Below are positions 58,856 through 64,000 of a DNA stretch of 64,000 nt, piece after piece. The translations under genes and the position numbers were made by a program. This DNA comes from Candidatus Marinacidobacterales bacterium. GTDB taxonomy: Bacteria; Acidobacteriota; Vicinamibacteria; Marinacidobacterales; DATDRI01. The notes under the pieces were generated by a model. The model was not told the DNA's origin. It saw nothing but the letters and a program-made list of their open reading frames with translations, and did not search any database. Positions within the stretch are counted from its first letter, which is position 1. Each line of letters opens with the position of its first letter. The stretch spans positions 4,128,001 through 4,192,000 of the forward strand of contig OZ245365.1 in assembly GCA_965226495.1 (NCBI GenBank). The letters are read 5' to 3'.

Positions 58856-60235
58856 ATGGTCACGGAAGTAAAGCCGTCGAGCTCCGAACGCCATTTCCTC
58901 AAGGCGCTCGGCCCCGGTTTGCTGCTCGCCGCAGTAGCCGTCGGCGTATCCCATCTCGTCCAGTCCACACGCGCCGGAGCGGTGTACGGTTTCGCGATGC
59001 TGATATTCATCGTGGGCGCCATCGTGACGAAGTACCCGACCTACCGATTTGCACCCCAATACACCCAGGCCACCGGCGTCTCGATGGTCGAGGGATTCCG
59101 GCGCCAAGGCCGGTGGGCGCTCGCCCTGTTTGCGCTAGTCTTCCCCATCCCGGCGCTCGTCGCGGTTGCCGCAGTGACGATTGTAACCGCCGGGGTCGCC
59201 AAGGCTACCTTCTTTCTTGGTGCGAGTCCGGGCAATATTGCCGTCGCGATACTGGCTATCACCGCCGTGTTGTTGATCACCGGGCGGTACCACTGGCTCG
59301 ATCTCCTAATGAAGCCGTTGATGCTGGTCCTCACCCTAACGACGGTGGCCGCGGCGTTGTTGGTACTGCCACATGTCGATTGGTCTCTTTCCGGAGACTT
59401 GTGGCCGGACACATTCGACATGAGGACGATACTATTCACCGCCGCTCTGATCGGATGGATGCCCGCGCCACTCGAGTCGGCCGTCATCCATACTTTGTGG
59501 TTGAGAGCCAAGGTTCAGGACACCGCCTACCGGCCGAGTGCAAGAGAATCGTCCCTCGATTTCCACATCGGTTATGTGGCTACTCTGCTACTGGCGGTTT
59601 GTTTTCTGGTGCTCGGGACCGGCGTTATGCATGGTAAGGGCATTGCATTCGAAGAGAGTGCCGGAGGCTTCGCCGCGCAGGTGATGGCCCTTTATACGGA
59701 GACCCTGGGCGACTGGAGCCGGCCGCTTATCGCTGCGGCAGCGCTGGCGGTGATGTACTCAACCGTGATCGCAGCGATCGATGGATTCTCGAGGATCACC
59801 GCCTCGACCATCTTGTGTTTTCGGGGACCAGAGGGGCCCTCACCCTACCCTCTCCCAGGGGGAGAGGGAATAGAGGAAGAACGGCACGATCAAATATCCT
59901 CACCCTACCCTCTCCCAAAGGGAGAGGGTACAAGGGCGCGCGGTGTGAATGCGTGGAACATTCTCTACGTCGTTTCGATCGTGGCGTTTTGTGCGGGGGC
60001 AGTTACGATCCTTATGTTCTTCCTGAGATCGTTCAAGACGCTGATCGATATCGCGACAACCCTCTCGTTTCTCACGACGCCGGTATTGGCCTTTCTGATC
60101 CACCGATCCATCATGAGCGCCGATGTCCCCGCGGAAGCGAGACCCGGGCGGGCTTTCTGGGGCTTTAGCGTGTTCTGTATCGGAGTGTTGACGACCTTTG
60201 CCGTCGGGTATTTGTTACTGCTGGTCGTGCGTTGA
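58856..60235 (+). CDS. Nramp-related (APC superfamily) membrane transporter
   Basis: LGPGLLLAAVAVGVSHLVQSTRAGA, GWMPAP, about 11 TMs; lacks canonical DPGN. Confidence 0.85.
   Translation: MVTEVKPSSSERHFLKALGPGLLLAAVAVGVSHLVQSTRAGAVYGFAMLIFIVGAIVTKYPTYRFAPQYTQATGVSMVEGFRRQGRWALALFALVFPIPALVAVAAVTIVTAGVAKATFFLGASPGNIAVAILAITAVLLITGRYHWLDLLMKPLMLVLTLTTVAAALLVLPHVDWSLSGDLWPDTFDMRTILFTAALIGWMPAPLESAVIHTLWLRAKVQDTAYRPSARESSLDFHIGYVATLLLAVCFLVLGTGVMHGKGIAFEESAGGFAAQVMALYTETLGDWSRPLIAAAALAVMYSTVIAAIDGFSRITASTILCFRGPEGPSPYPLPGGEGIEEERHDQISSPYPLPKGEGTRARGVNAWNILYVVSIVAFCAGAVTILMFFLRSFKTLIDIATTLSFLTTPVLAFLIHRSIMSADVPAEARPGRAFWGFSVFCIGVLTTFAVGYLLLLVVR
59837..59928 (+). repeat. Two family B palindromes inside the transporter CDS, 60-bp period
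   Basis: 59837-59868 and 59897-59928 nearly identical to 18851-18882; encode SPYPLPGGEG and SPYPLPKGEG. Confidence 0.92.
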
Positions 60236-60263
60236 GATGTTTTTCCTTGGAAAGGACGAGTCC

Positions 60264-61643
60264 ATGATCCCCGATCTTCGCGCTGTGCTGAAAGTCTTCG
60301 AATCCAACAACGAGTTGATTCGAATCAAGGAAGAGGTGGAGCTCAATTATCAGATTACCGCGTTCTGTCGCCTAGTATCCGACGCGGATGGTCCCGCCCT
60401 TTTGTTCGAACGGATCAAGGGACACACTGTACCGTTGGCGGTCAACCTTTTCGGCACACGACGACGCATCGCGCTGGCCTTAGAGACTACTGAACACGAG
60501 ATGACTGAGCGGAATCTGGAATGTCTCAAGAAACCCTTGCCACCTAAGATGGTGGAAGCCGATCTCTCTGACTGGGTGGTCATGAAAGGCGAGGACATCG
60601 ATCTGTATAGCCTTCCGCATTCGATCTGGAACGTGGGAGACGGGGGGCCCTTCGTGACGGCGGGTGTCGTCATGGCTCCGCAGGCCAGCGGCGAGTACAA
60701 CGCCGGAATTTATCGGATGCAGATACACAGTAAGAATACCTGCGGGGTTTATATGGCCCCCGATCACCACGTGCGGCGACTGCTCGAGGCGCCGGGTCGG
60801 ACGAAACCGGTTTCGATCTCGGTCGCCCTAGGACCTCCTCCGGCGCTCTTTCTGGCCGCCAGTTCCGATTTCGCGGTCAACGAGAGTGAAGTTTCGATAG
60901 CGGGTGCGCTCCAAGGAGAACCCTTGGAGTTCGCGGCCGGTCTGACGGTGAACGTACCGTGGCCGGTTCGGTCCGAGATCATCATCGAGGGCACACTGGA
61001 TGGAACTCTGGCCGAAGAGGGCCCTTTCGTCGAGTTCACGGGTTATACGACGGGGTCGGGACCTGCTCCGGTCATGAATATAACGGCCATCTATCACCGC
61101 CCACAACCGATCTACCATGCCGCCTACGTGGGTAAGCCGCCGAACGAGACGGCGACGGTCTGGCGGGAGATAGAAGAAGCGAAAGCACTCCGGGTACTCC
61201 AAGAACGTTTCCCCATCGTGAAGGGAATGCATCGACCGCCTCAGATCGGGCGTGACTTCTGGTGTGTCATCTCCGTGGACTCCGAACGCGCCAAACCCGG
61301 GATGATTGGAAACCTGCTACTCGGCGCCGCCTACTGCCTTCCGCGTCCGAAGTTCTTAATCGTCGTGGACGATGATGTCGACATTTACCGGATCGAGGAC
61401 GTGCTGTGGGCTTTGAGCATGCGCGTGAACCCCCAGCGCGACAGTTTTTTTGCACCCAATACAATGACATCCGGTCTGGATCCATGCGGACCCACGCCCC
61501 CTCTAACCTCGAAGCTTTTGATCGACGCTACCAAGAAAAAGGGGTTCCGCGGCAGGCTCGGGGTGCCGACCGAGGAAGCCTTCGACTTCGCACGCAAGAC
61601 GTTAGCCAAATACCTAAAGACGGAAGCTAAGGGGATCAGCTGA
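60264..61643 (+). CDS. UbiD-family prFMN-dependent (de)carboxylase
   Basis: YNAGIYRMQ, EEGPFVEFTGY, GKPPNE, VVDDDVD; ATG 60264 after AAAGGA. Confidence 0.9.
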   Translation: MIPDLRAVLKVFESNNELIRIKEEVELNYQITAFCRLVSDADGPALLFERIKGHTVPLAVNLFGTRRRIALALETTEHEMTERNLECLKKPLPPKMVEADLSDWVVMKGEDIDLYSLPHSIWNVGDGGPFVTAGVVMAPQASGEYNAGIYRMQIHSKNTCGVYMAPDHHVRRLLEAPGRTKPVSISVALGPPPALFLAASSDFAVNESEVSIAGALQGEPLEFAAGLTVNVPWPVRSEIIIEGTLDGTLAEEGPFVEFTGYTTGSGPAPVMNITAIYHRPQPIYHAAYVGKPPNETATVWREIEEAKALRVLQERFPIVKGMHRPPQIGRDFWCVISVDSERAKPGMIGNLLLGAAYCLPRPKFLIVVDDDVDIYRIEDVLWALSMRVNPQRDSFFAPNTMTSGLDPCGPTPPLTSKLLIDATKKKGFRGRLGVPTEEAFDFARKTLAKYLKTEAKGIS

Positions 61644-62608
61644 TGGAATTCGGCGTCTACTTACCCCACGCGGGACCCCTCTGTGACGCGGAAGCGGTCC
61701 GCGATGTCGCTCAAGCGGCGGAGGAGCTGGGCTTCGCGTCAGTTTGGGTCAACGACCACATTCCCCACACGCTCCAGTGGTCAGAGAAATTTCTATGTGT
61801 CGGCTCGCTCGATGCGCCCAACAAGCCCGATCACCTCGAAGCCGTTACCTCATTGAGTTATGTCGCCGCCTCGACGAAAAAAGTAAAACTCGGCTTTACT
61901 GTCCTCGTCTTGCCATTCCGCTCGCCGGCGCTCTTGGCGAAGCAGTGTGCCACACTCGATGTGTACTCGGGAGGGCGCCTGATCTTCGGCGTCGGCGCCG
62001 GAGGGGTCGAACCGGAGTTTCGAGCATTGGGCATCCCCTTCAAGGGCCGCGCCGGCGAAACGGTTCGCTCGATGCGCTCGATTCGCAAGTATTGGGAAAC
62101 GGGTTCCCTCGATGCGCAAGTGGAGGGTGACGATTTGACGTTCGAGCTACTTCCGCGTCCGGTGCAGCAACCGGCCCCGCCTATTTGGTTCGGTGGCCAC
62201 ACTCCCTGGGCTCTACGGACCACCGCGCGCCATTCGGACGGTTGGCTCCCTTTTGCGCTCACCTTGAAGGAGTTCCAGGCGAAGCTGCAAGAACTAGACA
62301 CATTGCTCTCTGAGCTCGAGCGTCCGCGCCCGACTCTCGCCACCCAACACTTGATAGTGATCGACGAGGACGCCACGCGAGCCGAAGAACGGGCCGCCAC
62401 AACTCTGACCGCAAGGTTTGGAGCGTTGGATAAAGGACTCGAAAAGTCTCTGGTGGGCAGCCCCAATCAAATACTCTTGAAGCTCCGAGCCTACAAAGGA
62501 CTTGGCGCGGAACACGTGGTGTTGGGCTTCATAGCCACCACGGTGCCCGAAATGCTGGATGACATGCGGCTCTTCTCCACAACGATCCTGCCAACCTTCC
62601 AAAGCTGA
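61643..62608 (+). CDS. Luciferase-like (LLM) flavin-dependent oxidoreductase
   Basis: AEELGFASVWVNDH, LAKQCATLDVYSGGRL, PRPVQQPAPPIWFGG. Confidence 0.9.
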   Translation: MEFGVYLPHAGPLCDAEAVRDVAQAAEELGFASVWVNDHIPHTLQWSEKFLCVGSLDAPNKPDHLEAVTSLSYVAASTKKVKLGFTVLVLPFRSPALLAKQCATLDVYSGGRLIFGVGAGGVEPEFRALGIPFKGRAGETVRSMRSIRKYWETGSLDAQVEGDDLTFELLPRPVQQPAPPIWFGGHTPWALRTTARHSDGWLPFALTLKEFQAKLQELDTLLSELERPRPTLATQHLIVIDEDATRAEERAATTLTARFGALDKGLEKSLVGSPNQILLKLRAYKGLGAEHVVLGFIATTVPEMLDDMRLFSTTILPTFQS

Positions 62609-62623
62609 AAAAGTGAGCCCCCA

Positions 62624-63085
62624 TTGAGTTCGTCCTCGCCGGTAGCGACCGAGCTAACCGAAGCCCAGTTCGAAACGTTGCAGCAGGGCTGCGCCGGTCT
62701 GCTAGTGACGGTCGAAGCGAATCGTTTTCCGACCACCGCCTTCGTATGGACGGTCGCTGCATCGCGCACGAAGGTGCGGTTCGGTGTCGAAGGAGGCACC
62801 ACCCAGGCCAACCTCGAACGGGAGGGAATGGCTTCTCTCCAGATCATCGGCGCCCGCAATCGCGTCTTTTTGATCAAGGGAAAGACGACCTTGGCGAAAC
62901 CGCGCCTCGAAGCCGTGCCGTTCGAGAGCGCAATGATGAGCTTGGAGGTGGCAGAGGTTAAGGATCAGACCTGGCCGGAGGTCTCCGTTCGTGAGCTCGC
63001 CTACGAATGGAACCCCGACCGTCGTGAAGAGTGGCTTGGCATCGAGCAAGCCGTCTACCGAGAGATGAGGGAGTGGAAGGACTGA
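62624..63085 (+). CDS. Pyridoxamine 5'-phosphate oxidase-like split-barrel protein
   Basis: LLVTV...PTT, TQANLERE...SLQIIG pattern; TTG start. Confidence 0.6.
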   Translation: MSSSSPVATELTEAQFETLQQGCAGLLVTVEANRFPTTAFVWTVAASRTKVRFGVEGGTTQANLEREGMASLQIIGARNRVFLIKGKTTLAKPRLEAVPFESAMMSLEVAEVKDQTWPEVSVRELAYEWNPDRREEWLGIEQAVYREMREWKD

Positions 63086-63101
63086 AGCGTCCGCGACCTG
63101 C

Positions 63102-63701
63102 TCAGTTTTTCGATGGTTCTCCGGCTGACATCACGCCGTCCCAGCGAGGCGCCTCGTCGAGACGAATCCCCAGCTGATCCAAAACTCGCATCACCGTCTG
63201 ATCGACGATCTCCGCGACGGTTTCTGGGCGATTGTAGAACGCTGGCACCGGCGGTGAGATGATGACTCCCATCCTCGCTAGCTTCAGCATGTTCTCGAGG
63301 TGCACCGCGTTGAGCGGTGCCTCGCGAACGACGAGCACGAGTTTCCGCTGTTCCTTCAAGGTCACATCCGCCGCCCGGTGAATGAGGTTGTCGCTCACGC
63401 CGTTAGCTATGGCGCCGAGCGTTCTAACGCTACACGGAACAACGACCATCCCCGACGTTTGAAACGAACCGCTCGAGATCCTGGCTCCCTGATCGTTCTG
63501 GGCGCAGGTGTAGCTGGCTATCTTCTGCACCTGCTCGACGCTGTACGACGTCTCGTGGATGAGGGTTCGCGCACCCCACTTGCTGATGATCAGGTGCGTC
63601 TCGACATCCGCTTGGCGGAGCATCTCGAGAGCCCGAACACCGTAGATCGTCCCGGTGGCGCCCGTGATGGCGACAACGATTCGCCGAGTCGACTCACTCA
63701 T
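63102..63701 (-). CDS. ubiX: Flavin prenyltransferase UbiX
   Basis: IVVAITGATG, ISSGS, PCS, RAADVTLKE, REAP, PAFY. Confidence 0.95.
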   Translation of the reverse strand: MSESTRRIVVAITGATGTIYGVRALEMLRQADVETHLIISKWGARTLIHETSYSVEQVQKIASYTCAQNDQGARISSGSFQTSGMVVVPCSVRTLGAIANGVSDNLIHRAADVTLKEQRKLVLVVREAPLNAVHLENMLKLARMGVIISPPVPAFYNRPETVAEIVDQTVMRVLDQLGIRLDEAPRWDGVMSAGEPSKN

Positions 63702-63767
63702 AGGACAACAAGTTACCTCAGGTCCATGAGAGAACGCGAACCCGGCGACATTCACCGCGGCGCGCGG

Positions 63768-64000
63768 TTACTTTGTAAGATCGAAGCTCTTGGCGCCCCC
63801 GGCAGCGCGAGCGATGGCCTTGATGCCGTTGTTGCGGGCGGCCTCGGTCGGATAAACCTGGCTCGTCCCGATGACCTGATGGTTCCGGGCCTTCATAACA
63901 AAGCGGTGCTTGCCCGAAGCAGCCGGCTTCGCCTCGAAGCATTTCGCGCTTCGGCAGTTCTTCTTCACGGAAGCGGCGCCATTGTTTGCGCCGGCTTTTG
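63768..64000 (-). CDS. YegP/DUF1508 family protein, 3' part (5' end outside window)
   Basis: KAGANNGAASVKKN...FVMKARNHQVIGTSQVY...NNGIKAI tandem DUF1508 pattern. Confidence 0.85.
   Translation of the reverse strand, partial: KAGANNGAASVKKNCRSAKCFEAKPAASGKHRFVMKARNHQVIGTSQVYPTEAARNNGIKAIARAAGGAKSFDLTK

Overview
GC-rich bacterial chromosomal window, densely coding, with no rRNA, tRNA, cas genes or prophage that I can see. Gene content (VWA proteins, TonB-C fusion, Ser/Thr kinase-TPR, HEAT-cyclophilin, Na+-NQR) suggests an Acidobacteriota-like, possibly marine, organism; this is inference only. Housekeeping blocks: surE, metF, cyclophilins, a tal-pgi/rpiA/rpe/glk/glycerate kinase operon, a DEAD-box helicase, a complete nqrABCDEF operon, and two UbiD-family genes plus ubiX. 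Best candidate for an undescribed system: a four-gene operon (54205-57798) in which every protein is non-canonical - a Cys-less OsmC fold, an acyl-CoA dehydrogenase fold without the catalytic Glu, a PhnD-fold protein without signal peptide or permease, and a single-domain MetE-like Zn enzyme. Other highlights: a secreted kinase-fold protein paired with an Omp85 barrel, a Cache-domain pentameric ion channel, a Tat-exported PLP enzyme paired with an exported RidA, two families of REP-like palindromes (one in frame inside a transporter gene, one forming a CRISPR-sized array), a 190-bp tandem duplication of a kinase 5' end, two structured 5' leaders, and decayed IS91-like and HNH-like remnants. 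All product calls come from motifs read by eye; no searches were run.
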